From: Bacteroidales bacterium
GTDB taxonomy: Bacteria > Bacteroidota > Bacteroidia > Bacteroidales > UBA1402
Direction of reading: 5' to 3'
NCBI GenBank assembly: GCA_035719105.1
Contig: DASTGN010000003.1
Location: 70,979-134,978 of the forward strand
Length of the DNA: 64,000 nt
In this document: positions 32,454 through 42,106 of the stretch, piece by piece
Numbering within the stretch: position 1 is the first letter of the stretch
Layout of the letters: each line of letters starts with the position of its first letter
Made by a program: the position numbers and the translations under genes
The notes under the pieces: model-generated
The model's input: the letters and a program-made list of their open reading frames with translations, nothing else
What the model was told of the DNA's origin: nothing
Database searches by the model: none

Positions 32454-32477
32454 TTCAGTCTTGATTTAAATAAATGA

Positions 32478-32912
32478 TCATAGCGGCATCATATAACTGT
32501 AAACAAGCGTACCACCTAAGAAACCGGTAACACTGACAGCAATCATCGACAACAGATACAGTACAAAGGTCAATTGTTTGGTTGTTTTAGATTCCTTGCC
32601 TCTTAGTAGGGATAGAAACCGTAACAGGCTGGTTAAAAACAACAGGCCGGTAGTGATGAATGCAAGGAAGGCATGCTTTTCTTCAATCGAACCTGCTTCA
32701 CCAGTTAATTCTTCTGTAAAAAAAACACCGGCAAGAACTGCTGCTATAGCAGCCAAAGTTCCAATTATCAGCAAATAAGAGCTGATTTTTGGTAAGCTTG
32801 TTTCCTTTTTGAAAACCAAAGAAGCCAATTCAGCCAGAAAACCGATGGTCACGAGCGCAATAGGAAAATGCACGATCATGGGATGCAAATGCGTCAAGGT
32901 AAACATAGGCAT
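32478..32912 (-). CDS. DUF2231 family integral membrane protein
   Basis: 144 aa with 4 predicted TM helices and the family-typical N-terminus HLHPMIVHFPIAL. Confidence 0.7.
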   Translation of the reverse strand: MPMFTLTHLHPMIVHFPIALVTIGFLAELASLVFKKETSLPKISSYLLIIGTLAAIAAVLAGVFFTEELTGEAGSIEEKHAFLAFITTGLLFLTSLLRFLSLLRGKESKTTKQLTFVLYLLSMIAVSVTGFLGGTLVYSYMMPL

Positions 32913-33029
32913 AAGTTTTGGGGGTTATAGAAACAAATATAAGTAAAAATGAACGAAATGATTAAGAGGTCTTTGTTTTTATTCGTAATTTTGCGTGTTA
33001 ACACGTTCACCCTAAATTATTGTAAAAAT

Positions 33030-34016
33030 ATGAAACCAATTACCTTTTCATTCGTTCGTCCGATGTTGACGTTATTGGATAATGGGAAATTTTTTCGTAA
33101 ACCGTTCGGATGGTTTTATGCAGTTATCGCCGTTTCCTCCTTACTTGCACCCATTTTCCTGGTATACACCACTATATGGTGGAATAAAGCCAATCAGGAT
33201 AAACTTCAAAGTCAACGGATTTATCAAGAAGTGACGAAACCTGAATATCTGAAAGCTAAGTATGCCTATGATACGTTGTCAAAAGCAGTGGAAGCATATG
33301 CAAAAGAAATGAACAATGCGGTCGATTGTCTTACGAAAGCAACCAAACAGGCTGATTATTACGGTGAATATGCGTCTTACGGGCCAGAATACCAGCAAAT
33401 TTATGATAATGCCCTGGATGTTAAAAAACAATGGGAAGAAGTCTATAAAGATGCATCAAATCGGTGGGATGCTTCCAATAATGCTTTAGATGCGCAAAAG
33501 CCCAAATTCGACAAGGTCAAGCTCCTTTATCAAAAAGCAGAGGCAGATTATAAAGCTGCTGAAGCTGAATTTCAATTGGTCAATCAATTCGGGACAGTAT
33601 TCAATAGTGGTGAAATGCACAAGGGAAGTGCCATAGTCGGACTTATCCTCTTTTCAATAATGATTCTTTTGCTAGGCGCTTTAAATTTTCTCCTGTGGTG
33701 GAGTAGACTGATCGACCTGAAATCATTGATAAAAGTTCAGGATACTTTTGTTGCCGTTCCACTCGCTTCGCATTTTATCCAAACCTGCGGTGAATCGTTG
33801 GGAATGATCATCAGCATTTGGGGATTTTTCACGGCGCTGATTTTTTATACCTGCAACCTTTCCATTGGCCAGTTCGGCCTTGATTTTGAATCCTTTGGAA
33901 TATTGAGCATCTTTCTACCTATTATATTGGGCTTTTTAGTAATATTCATTTTCAGAATACTTGCCGAACTCTTAAAAGTTGGGGCTGTAAAAGCTAATAA
34001 AATGGCAAATGATTAA
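33030..34016 (+). CDS. Hypothetical membrane protein: 1 TM, a ~150 aa Tyr/Ala/Lys-rich helical region, then 3-4 TM
   Basis: I chose ATG at 33030 (MKPITFSFVRPML...), while the track ORF starts at 32949. I recognised no family. Confidence 0.5.
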   Translation: MKPITFSFVRPMLTLLDNGKFFRKPFGWFYAVIAVSSLLAPIFLVYTTIWWNKANQDKLQSQRIYQEVTKPEYLKAKYAYDTLSKAVEAYAKEMNNAVDCLTKATKQADYYGEYASYGPEYQQIYDNALDVKKQWEEVYKDASNRWDASNNALDAQKPKFDKVKLLYQKAEADYKAAEAEFQLVNQFGTVFNSGEMHKGSAIVGLILFSIMILLLGALNFLLWWSRLIDLKSLIKVQDTFVAVPLASHFIQTCGESLGMIISIWGFFTALIFYTCNLSIGQFGLDFESFGILSIFLPIILGFLVIFIFRILAELLKVGAVKANKMAND

Positions 34017-34029
34017 TTATTAATCATTT

Positions 34030-35034
34030 ATGAAGATTCTGATTACTGGTGCCAGTGGATTTATAGGTGGATATTTAGTGGAAGAAGCCTTGAATAGGGG
34101 CTGGGATGTCTGGGCTGGTGTACGAAAGTCAAGCAACAAAGCGCATCTGACGCATCCGGATTTGAATTTTATCGAACTGAACTACTCCAATCCTGAGGTT
34201 TTAAAGCAGCAGTTACAGTCACATCAAGCACATTACGGTGCTTGGGATTACATAATCCATAATGCTGGTATTACTAAAAGCGTAGTCAAATCAGACTATG
34301 CCCGAGTCAACCACTTGTATACCGTCCATTTTGTCAATGCATTGATAAAAAGCGACTGCAAACCGCTTAAGTTTCTATTTATGAGCAGCATGGGAGCGGT
34401 TGGGCCAGGAAATGAACAAACTGGTGAACCCTTGAATGAGTTTGATGAACCCAACCCGATCTCTGAATATGGTAAAAGCAAATGGTTGGCCGAAAAGTAC
34501 ATTCAATCCATTTCGGATTTTCCATACTTGATTTTGCGACCCACTGGTGTTTACGGTCCCAGAGAGCAAGATTATCTGGTCATGTTTAAAATGATCAACA
34601 TGGGTTTGAATCTAGCTATCGGATTCAACCAACAGTTTCTCAATTTTATTTATATCAAAGATTTAGTTCGAATTTGCTTTTTAGCACTCGAATCACCACT
34701 GAACCGTAAAGTATGGTTTGTTGCCGATGGTGATTATTATACAACCAATTCTTTTGTTGAAATAATTCAAGAGAAGCTTCAGAAAAAGAGATTGTTTACC
34801 CTTCGAATCCCATTATTCATAGTTCGAGCGATTTCCACCATATCAGGTGCCCTTGGCCAGGTTACCGGTAAACCAGCAGTTTTAAATCCAGATAAATATC
34901 AAGTCATGAAGCAACGCAATTGGACATGCGATGCATCGCAAATGGAACAAGACCTGAATTATAAGGCTGAATACAACCTTCGAAAAGGGCTTGAGGAAAC
35001 CATCAACTGGTACCGGAACAACGGTTGGATTTAA
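34030..35034 (+). CDS. NAD-dependent epimerase/dehydratase family (extended SDR)
   Basis: GASGFIGG Rossmann motif and YGKSK catalytic motif. Confidence 0.8.
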   Translation: MKILITGASGFIGGYLVEEALNRGWDVWAGVRKSSNKAHLTHPDLNFIELNYSNPEVLKQQLQSHQAHYGAWDYIIHNAGITKSVVKSDYARVNHLYTVHFVNALIKSDCKPLKFLFMSSMGAVGPGNEQTGEPLNEFDEPNPISEYGKSKWLAEKYIQSISDFPYLILRPTGVYGPREQDYLVMFKMINMGLNLAIGFNQQFLNFIYIKDLVRICFLALESPLNRKVWFVADGDYYTTNSFVEIIQEKLQKKRLFTLRIPLFIVRAISTISGALGQVTGKPAVLNPDKYQVMKQRNWTCDASQMEQDLNYKAEYNLRKGLEETINWYRNNGWI

Positions 35035-37409
35035 TTTTTCAGTTCTATTACTTTTTGGTTTCGAGAAATTCGAAGGATAAAGGATTGGCTTTCGCTCCAT
35101 TGGACTCGGGAAAGATCATTGATACTTCCCATTCGAATGCCATTGACAGATAAAATAACGTCATTTGGTCGAATACCTAATTGGTAAAGTGGTGAATCAG
35201 GTGCTGATGTAAGTACAAGCAAACCGGAAATGTCAGGTAGTCCATATGAAGACATTTCTCCCTCGTCAGAAATATTCCGGACTGAAACGCCCAAAAAAGT
35301 CACCGGCGTGAGATCTCTTTTTTGTTCCGAAATCAAAGAGCGCTTGACAGGCATTTCTGGAGTTTTTGCGATGGCCTTCAACGAAGGTTTGGTGACTCCA
35401 AACTGATTCATGGGGAAATTCCTGAAACCCAAGGTTAACACAGGAGACCCTGATTTCACACGGAAGTCGCCCTTTTCTGGGTCGATAAACATCGCATCAC
35501 CCTCCATGGAGTGTGTATCTCGCTTACTTTTGCTAGAAAGGATGACAGAAGGAGTTGCTACTTTTCCCTCGATTTGTACAAAATTGGAATCCATTCTGTA
35601 ACCCCAGGCACTATCGTACATTCTGGCAGGTTTATAATTGTTCCATACAATATTGTGTTGGAAAATGTCACCGCTGTTGTCAAACCAGCAATGAGGGTGG
35701 AATCCATTATTCACGATGATGTTGTTTTCGACCACTCGATGAAAACCTTCTCTGTTTTTAATGCCTCCATTTAGGCATAAATTGTTGTAAATGCGATAGT
35801 TGGAAGATCCGTCATCGAGGTCGATATCCCATCCATGGTCACAACGCCAACGGTTGTTTCTAAGAATGTTGGGTTCAATGACATCCAAAAAGGGTAGTTC
35901 AGGAACTTGTCTTACCCAAGCATTGACTTCATTGATGTCTGGTTTCCAATATCGATCTCTTCCCCACGAATTGAAAGAACCATGATCTCCTGTTTCTTTG
36001 ACTGTTTCGAAAATATCACAAAACTCAACAAGGTGACCACCCCAACACCCGTCTCCAATGTTGATTCCGGCGCGAGGAACGTCGTAGATCGAACAGTGAC
36101 GAATCGTAATTTTACTCGACATTTCAATCTGAATAGGAGCGGTTTGCTTTTCAAAACGGCCTGTACGATGAATCAAGCAGTTTTCCACCAAGCAATCCGA
36201 GGGATATTCGGGCGATTGGGGACCAGGCGTACGATCGATGTCTTCCAGTTTGTTCACTTCGTGGTATTCAAACAACGGGCTTCGAACAGCCTTTGGATTA
36301 CCGATAAATGCAATGCCGTTGCTTCCAATATTGATCAAATGACAACCTCGAACAACAAATTTGCGATTGTAATTGTTTACGAAGATGCCATTGCCGCCCA
36401 ACTGATCCAAGGTGCAATCTTCAATGCTACAATTCTCTGTGCCTGTCAATAAGATTGCGCCGCCACGATAGGTGGTCCAGTCACTTCGCAAAAGCGGTTC
36501 CTTATTTTCCATAAATGACCTGGCAGAATGTCGAAAGGTTATTCCCTTAAAGGATACAAATTCAACAGGATTTTTCGAAGTCCCTTTGAATTCTATAAGG
36601 TGTTTTAGTCTCACCACCTCCGTTACAGCACTTCTCATATCCAAATCCTTGGGCGGGTAGAAGTACAGTGTTTTGGTTTTTCCATCCAAATACCATTCAC
36701 CGACCGTATCCAATTCTTCCATGATGTTTTCGACGAAACGAATTGTTGGATGCATCCTGTTTTTGCGGTTATTTTGCCATCCACCTACATACGATAAAAC
36801 ATTGGAAGTGTCTTTGCCCGTGATGAGATAATGGAAATCCCCCCACAAAGATGGATGCATGGCATGAATGTATCCATTCTCAGGATTTTTCCAGTTAGAA
36901 ACCTTGGCAGCACTGAATGCATCGGCTGAAAATCCATCAAAATAGGTTGCTTTTGGATTGAAATTCGGATATCTGGCCATGGATTGCCTTTCACCATTTA
37001 CAAAAAATTGATCGGATTGGATGTCAACAGGCAATGTTGCTTTCAGGATTTTGTTTTGATAGGGCTTCCATTGAAGATACAACCTGGATCCTCCGCTGAT
37101 AACGGGCTCTTCATTCCCATATGCTTTGTAAATGACAGGATTTGTTTTTGTTCCGGAGCCTTTTGGAGTAATGACAAAGGTTTCTGGCAAATAATATATT
37201 CCACCACGAAGATAGATGGTGACCGCTTTTCTTTTATGTATTTCCATCACCGCTTTTTGTGCACGCTCCAATGTGGCAAAAGGTTTTTGAAAAGTGCCTG
37301 GATTGGAATCCTTGCCATTTGTGGACAAGTAATAACTTTGTTGGGCACTGATCATGCTCACAAAACACAAAAGAAAGATCAGGATGAAAGGAACTCTTGG
37401 ATTCTTCAT
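35031..37409 (-). CDS. Secreted right-handed parallel beta-helix repeat protein with a C-terminal PDZ domain
   Basis: 792 aa with a signal peptide and a DUF1565-like start (YYLSTNGKDSNPGTFQKPFATLERAQ). It has repeated beta-helix turns with N/G/I/C, and a PDZ-like C-terminus (GLLVLTSAPDSPLYQLGIRPNDVILSVNG). Confidence 0.65.
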   Translation of the reverse strand: MKNPRVPFILIFLLCFVSMISAQQSYYLSTNGKDSNPGTFQKPFATLERAQKAVMEIHKRKAVTIYLRGGIYYLPETFVITPKGSGTKTNPVIYKAYGNEEPVISGGSRLYLQWKPYQNKILKATLPVDIQSDQFFVNGERQSMARYPNFNPKATYFDGFSADAFSAAKVSNWKNPENGYIHAMHPSLWGDFHYLITGKDTSNVLSYVGGWQNNRKNRMHPTIRFVENIMEELDTVGEWYLDGKTKTLYFYPPKDLDMRSAVTEVVRLKHLIEFKGTSKNPVEFVSFKGITFRHSARSFMENKEPLLRSDWTTYRGGAILLTGTENCSIEDCTLDQLGGNGIFVNNYNRKFVVRGCHLINIGSNGIAFIGNPKAVRSPLFEYHEVNKLEDIDRTPGPQSPEYPSDCLVENCLIHRTGRFEKQTAPIQIEMSSKITIRHCSIYDVPRAGINIGDGCWGGHLVEFCDIFETVKETGDHGSFNSWGRDRYWKPDINEVNAWVRQVPELPFLDVIEPNILRNNRWRCDHGWDIDLDDGSSNYRIYNNLCLNGGIKNREGFHRVVENNIIVNNGFHPHCWFDNSGDIFQHNIVWNNYKPARMYDSAWGYRMDSNFVQIEGKVATPSVILSSKSKRDTHSMEGDAMFIDPEKGDFRVKSGSPVLTLGFRNFPMNQFGVTKPSLKAIAKTPEMPVKRSLISEQKRDLTPVTFLGVSVRNISDEGEMSSYGLPDISGLLVLTSAPDSPLYQLGIRPNDVILSVNGIRMGSINDLSRVQWSESQSFILRISRNQKVIELKN

Positions 37410-37683
37410 GGAAGATGACAGTTTTATGAAAAATAAATAGTATTTTTCGGACGCTAAAGGTACGATTTCGAACGTAAAATGTCAAATAATTACTTATTTT
37501 GAATCGACCAGAATATGGACTGCCACCACTTTTTTAAAATGATTAACCCGATTTTTCACCCCTCTATGTTTTTTTTCACCCCATAATCAATCTTTTGTTC
37601 CCTGAAACCCGATTGAAGCCACCTTTCATTTGTCGATTTGTCTACTGACATGTTCTTTTGCCAAAAAATCAACTCAATTTCAT

Positions 37684-38757
37684 ATGATATACAGTGTAAT
37701 TAAAGGTACAGGATCGTACATTCCTTCTAAAATAACTAAAAACGAAGATTTCTTAAATAACGAGTTCTATGAGTCAAATGGGGTGAAAATAAATAAGACC
37801 AATCATGAGATCATTGATAAGTTCAAAGAAATCACAACAATAGAAGAAAGAAGGCATGTTTCTGATGATCAAACGACCTCTGAATTGGCTTATCGTGCAG
37901 CCAAGGAAGCTTTGACATCTTCCGAAACGGATCCTGAAACCTTGGATTACATCATTATGGCTCACAATTTTGGAGAAACAAAACCTGGAAAAACTCATTC
38001 GGATTTTGTTCCATGCCTTGCTGCTCGAGTCAAATACAAACTTAAAATCCAGAATCCCAATACAGTTTCATACGACATTGTATTCGGATGCCCAGGATGG
38101 TTGCAAGCCATGATTCAGGCGGATTATTATATCCGTTCCGGGGACGCAAAAAGGGTTTTGGTGATTGGCGCCGAAGTCTTGTCCAGAGTAAGTGATCCAC
38201 ACGATAAAGACAGTATGTTGTATGCTGACGGAGCTGGTGCAACGTTGCTTGAAGCCAAAGAAAGTGAGACACCCATAGGCATTTTGGCGCATAAAACCCG
38301 TTCAGATACCTTTTTGCATTCACAAATGCTTTATTTAGGAGGATCCTATAATCCCGATCACAAAGAAAAAAATGACCTGTTTATTAAAATGAATGGTCGT
38401 AGACTTTACCAATATGCACTTGAAACGGTACCGGCTTCAATCAAGGCTTGTTTAGATAAAGTGAACATTCCCATATCAAAGGTCAGTAAAGTGCTCATTC
38501 ACCAAGCAAATGGTAAAATGGACGATGCAATCCTCAAAAGATTGTATGCACTTTATAACATGGAGGAGCCCCCTAAAAATATAATGCCAATGACCATCGC
38601 ACATTTAGGAAATGCTTCTGTCGCCACGGTTCCAACTCTTTTCAATTTAATTGCAAAAGGACAAATGGAGGGGCATCAATTTAATCAGGGTGACATTTTG
38701 GTGTTTGCGTCTGTCGGGGCAGGTATGAATATTAACGCCTTAGTATATAAGGTTTGA
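37684..38757 (+). CDS. 3-oxoacyl-ACP synthase III family (FabH-like)
   Basis: The Cys-His-Asn triad sits in the contexts FGCPGW, IHQANGKM and LGNASVAT. The start is ATG 37684; the track start at 37630 is TTG. Confidence 0.85.
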   Translation: MIYSVIKGTGSYIPSKITKNEDFLNNEFYESNGVKINKTNHEIIDKFKEITTIEERRHVSDDQTTSELAYRAAKEALTSSETDPETLDYIIMAHNFGETKPGKTHSDFVPCLAARVKYKLKIQNPNTVSYDIVFGCPGWLQAMIQADYYIRSGDAKRVLVIGAEVLSRVSDPHDKDSMLYADGAGATLLEAKESETPIGILAHKTRSDTFLHSQMLYLGGSYNPDHKEKNDLFIKMNGRRLYQYALETVPASIKACLDKVNIPISKVSKVLIHQANGKMDDAILKRLYALYNMEEPPKNIMPMTIAHLGNASVATVPTLFNLIAKGQMEGHQFNQGDILVFASVGAGMNINALVYKV

Positions 38758-38783
38758 TGGGAATTTTGTAAATTTGCTCAATC

Positions 38784-39269
38784 ATGAGTGAATCGATCCA
38801 AATAACCAAAGGGGCTGAAAAAGCCATTCTATACGATGAATTGTTGCCTCAAATTCATGGCGTTCTTCAAAGTGAAACCGATTTGATTGCCAATTTGGCT
38901 AATGTCAGTGCCATACTCAAAGAAGCATTCCAGTTTTTTTGGGTTGGTTTTTACCTGGTTCAGGGTGAAGAACTTGTGTTAGGTCCTTTTCAAGGCAGTC
39001 TGGCATGCACACGCATCAAAAAGGGGAGAGGTGTTTGTGGAAAATCCTGGGAAACCCGTCAAATTATTTTGGTACCCGATGTAAATCTTTTTCCTGGACA
39101 CATTGCTTGTAGTTCGCTTTCTCGCTCCGAAATGGTCGTCCCCATTTTTAAAAACAACGAAGTAGTAGGTGTTTTGGATGTGGATAGCGATCAATTGGAC
39201 GATTTCAACCAGACCGATGCGCATTATTTGGAAAAATTGGCTGTAATGATTGGTCAAACGCTTAAATAA
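38784..39269 (+). CDS. GAF domain protein (free methionine-R-sulfoxide reductase-like, YebR/MsrC family)
   Basis: 161 aa single GAF domain with the conserved GRGVCG and ACSS..SE motifs. Confidence 0.7.
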   Translation: MSESIQITKGAEKAILYDELLPQIHGVLQSETDLIANLANVSAILKEAFQFFWVGFYLVQGEELVLGPFQGSLACTRIKKGRGVCGKSWETRQIILVPDVNLFPGHIACSSLSRSEMVVPIFKNNEVVGVLDVDSDQLDDFNQTDAHYLEKLAVMIGQTLK

Positions 39270-39274
39270 GAACC

Positions 39275-40003
39275 ATGACAAAACTCGAAGCAATCGATGA
39301 ACGAAGGTCTCGACGACTTTACCTTGACAAACCCATCGAAGCATCCCATTTATCCAAAATCAAAGAATTGATTGCTCAATATAATGATGAATATCAATTA
39401 GCCATCCGATTTGTGGAAGACGGAAGTGGAGCATTCAGCAGTTTTAGAAAGAGTTACGGCCTTTTTAGCGGTGTTAGAAACCTTTTGGTGTTGGCTGGTT
39501 CGAAAACGGATCCCAATCTAAAGGAAAAAGCGGGATATTGTGGAGAAATGCTGGTTCTTGAAGCAACGATGTTGGGCTTGGGTACTTGTTGGGTGGGAGG
39601 TACCTTTGATACTAAAAACGACGTTTTTCAATTGACAAGTGATGAAGCCCTAGTTTGTGTTATTCCCATAGGTCATGTTGAATCGCTCTCTTTTAAAGAA
39701 AAAATGGTTCATCAAATGATTGCTGGAAAGTCAAAGTCCATTGAACAATTGATGATATCCGATGCCAAAATACCTTCTCAATATCTGGAAGCTATGAAAG
39801 CAGTTCAAAAAGCACCTTCCGCAGCATACAGACAGCCAGTACGATTCGATTTTAAAAAAGGGACACTGACTGTTTATACAGAAGACGACGGGAAATTGAA
39901 TTTGGTGGACCTTGGCATTGTAAAAGCACATTTTGAAATTGCAACCGGGGGGCAGTTCGAACGAGGAAATCCAGCCCGATTTCTACCTGGAAAACCAGCA
40001 TGA
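39275..40003 (+). CDS. Nitroreductase family protein
   Basis: 242 aa with an RRSRR N-terminal FMN-binding motif and a GLGTCWVGG motif. Confidence 0.7.
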   Translation: MTKLEAIDERRSRRLYLDKPIEASHLSKIKELIAQYNDEYQLAIRFVEDGSGAFSSFRKSYGLFSGVRNLLVLAGSKTDPNLKEKAGYCGEMLVLEATMLGLGTCWVGGTFDTKNDVFQLTSDEALVCVIPIGHVESLSFKEKMVHQMIAGKSKSIEQLMISDAKIPSQYLEAMKAVQKAPSAAYRQPVRFDFKKGTLTVYTEDDGKLNLVDLGIVKAHFEIATGGQFERGNPARFLPGKPA

Positions 40004-40145
40004 CCCTCCGCAGGTAAAAAATGGAAAAACTTGCTGACGATTTAAAAAAATAAATACCTTTGCACGAGCAAAAAAACACCTAATATAGAACCCTAACCTG
40101 TTAACATTGACTGTTCGGTTTAAATCAGGGAGCACAATCCTTATA

Positions 40146-41057
40146 ATGATGGAGATTCAATCAAAAATTACTTTCAAAGATTCCTTAAAATCGTGGGATA
40201 CAGAAAATTGGCTTGACCGGTATTTTTACAGACCTATTGCTTTTAAAATCGCTCTCTTACTGAAACCGACTTCCATTACTCCTAATGCAGTCACTATTTT
40301 TTCAATTTTTGTAGGGATAGCAGCTTGCTTGTTGTTTTATCCTGAACATCAGCTATTGATAAATTTGACAGGGTTTGTTCTTTTGGTTTTCGCGAACACC
40401 CTCGATTGTGTTGATGGACAGTTGGCACGCATAACCGGAAAAAAATCTCAAATAGGTCGAATTCTGGATGGAATGACTGGTGATATCTGGTTTTTTACTT
40501 TTTATTCGGTGATGTCCTTACGATTGATGTCCTTTGAAGGTCTGGGACCTTGGGCTTTTGGAATTGCAGTAATTTCTGCCCTCTCTCATTTGTACCAGGC
40601 CGGTATGGTCGATTATTACAAAACGCTACACTTACATTTTATAGCCGGAGGTCAGGCAAGTGAGTTTGAAGATACCACTGCCATAGATGCCAAGTATAAA
40701 ATGATGACTTGGAAGAAAGATGGTATCAATAAGCTGTTTTTAAAACTCTATTATTATTATACCAAGAATCAAGAGTTGTTTACGCCCCAATTGAAACGGT
40801 ACATCAATCGGATGAATGCTACTTACCCAGAGGGATATCCACAGGAGCAAATAACATCCTTTCGTACAAAAAGCCTGAAACTAATGCCTTCGTTGGATTT
40901 ATTGACATTCAATGCACGCAGCATCGTGATGTTGGCGACATTGTTGCTTAATTTTCCCTTGCTGTACTTTGCCGTTGAAATTTTAATTATGAACCCATTG
41001 TTGTACATTACGATGAGCCGGCACGAAAAAATGTGCAAATCATTCAACAATCAATAA
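40146..41057 (+). CDS. CDP-alcohol phosphotransferase family protein (long, atypical)
   Basis: The DCVDGQLARITGKKSQIGRILDGMTGD motif reads DxxDGxxAR-x8-GxxxD. The last Asp is spaced x4 rather than the canonical x3. About 8 TM. The start is ATG 40146. Confidence 0.8.
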   Translation: MMEIQSKITFKDSLKSWDTENWLDRYFYRPIAFKIALLLKPTSITPNAVTIFSIFVGIAACLLFYPEHQLLINLTGFVLLVFANTLDCVDGQLARITGKKSQIGRILDGMTGDIWFFTFYSVMSLRLMSFEGLGPWAFGIAVISALSHLYQAGMVDYYKTLHLHFIAGGQASEFEDTTAIDAKYKMMTWKKDGINKLFLKLYYYYTKNQELFTPQLKRYINRMNATYPEGYPQEQITSFRTKSLKLMPSLDLLTFNARSIVMLATLLLNFPLLYFAVEILIMNPLLYITMSRHEKMCKSFNNQ

Positions 41058-41068
41058 AGAATAAAACA

Positions 41069-42106
41069 ATGAAGTTAGGATCCATCAACGGACGTAATTT
41101 GTTTTTTATTTTAGGATTCTTAGCCCTGGCTGCCATGGGTTATACGATAGGGTTTGACATTATTCTGGACAATATCGTCAAAACAGGATGGTGGTTTATT
41201 GCCATCATCGGAATGTGGTTACCCATTTACATGATCAACACGGCAGCCCTGAATACCATTATTCGCGATGAGGATCCGGATCATCGTACGGTGCCTTTTT
41301 GGCATTTGCTGAAGATCAATATCAGCGGATTTGGATTGAAAGCAGCCACGCCACTTGGCTTTTTAGGTGGAGACCCCTATAAGATTCTGGAACTGAAACG
41401 GTTTTTTGGTATGGAAAAAGCCACCTCGTCCGTTTTATTGTATACCATGTCCCACATCACGGCGCATTGTTTGTTCTGGTCTCTTTCCATTGTTGCAGCC
41501 GCTCTTTGGTTACCAATGCCTCAAACATGGAGCATCACGCTGATGATTACCTTCCTGGTATTTATTTTCTTGCTTTTCCTGCTTTGGAGAGGTTATCGTA
41601 AAGGAATGACTGTAAGTCTGTTTGATGGATTATCCAAAGTTCCTTTTTTAAAAAAATGGGTCGTGCCGTTTTGTGTAAAAAACAGTGAAGGTTTAACCAA
41701 TATCGATAAGCAAATCACCTATTTGTACAATTCAAGAACCAAGGCGTTCATCAAGACGATTACCCTGGAATTGATTGCGCGAATAGCCAATTGTTTGGAG
41801 GTTTATGTGATACTTCGCTCAGCCAATGTGGACGTTACATTAATACAATCCATTACAATTTATTCGTTCATGAGTTTATTCACCAACATCTTCTTCTTCT
41901 CGCCCATGCAGATAGGAACTCGGGAAGGTGGATTTTTCATGGCGTTTACAGCGCTGGCTTTACCAGGCAGTCTTGGTATTTATGTCAGTCTTATTACAAG
42001 ACTGCGGGAACTTATTTGGATTGGTATCGGAATCTTATTGATGAAAGTAAGAAGTGGGTTTATCCCTGCCGCCTTACTTGAACGTTTTGGGCAAAAAAAT
42101 ACCTAA
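41069..42106 (+). CDS. Flippase-like / lysylphosphatidylglycerol-synthase TM-region (UPF0104) family membrane protein
   Basis: Polytopic membrane protein of ~345 aa with the length and topology of the MprF flippase-domain family. The start is taken at ATG 41069. Confidence 0.6.
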   Translation: MKLGSINGRNLFFILGFLALAAMGYTIGFDIILDNIVKTGWWFIAIIGMWLPIYMINTAALNTIIRDEDPDHRTVPFWHLLKINISGFGLKAATPLGFLGGDPYKILELKRFFGMEKATSSVLLYTMSHITAHCLFWSLSIVAAALWLPMPQTWSITLMITFLVFIFLLFLLWRGYRKGMTVSLFDGLSKVPFLKKWVVPFCVKNSEGLTNIDKQITYLYNSRTKAFIKTITLELIARIANCLEVYVILRSANVDVTLIQSITIYSFMSLFTNIFFFSPMQIGTREGGFFMAFTALALPGSLGIYVSLITRLRELIWIGIGILLMKVRSGFIPAALLERFGQKNT

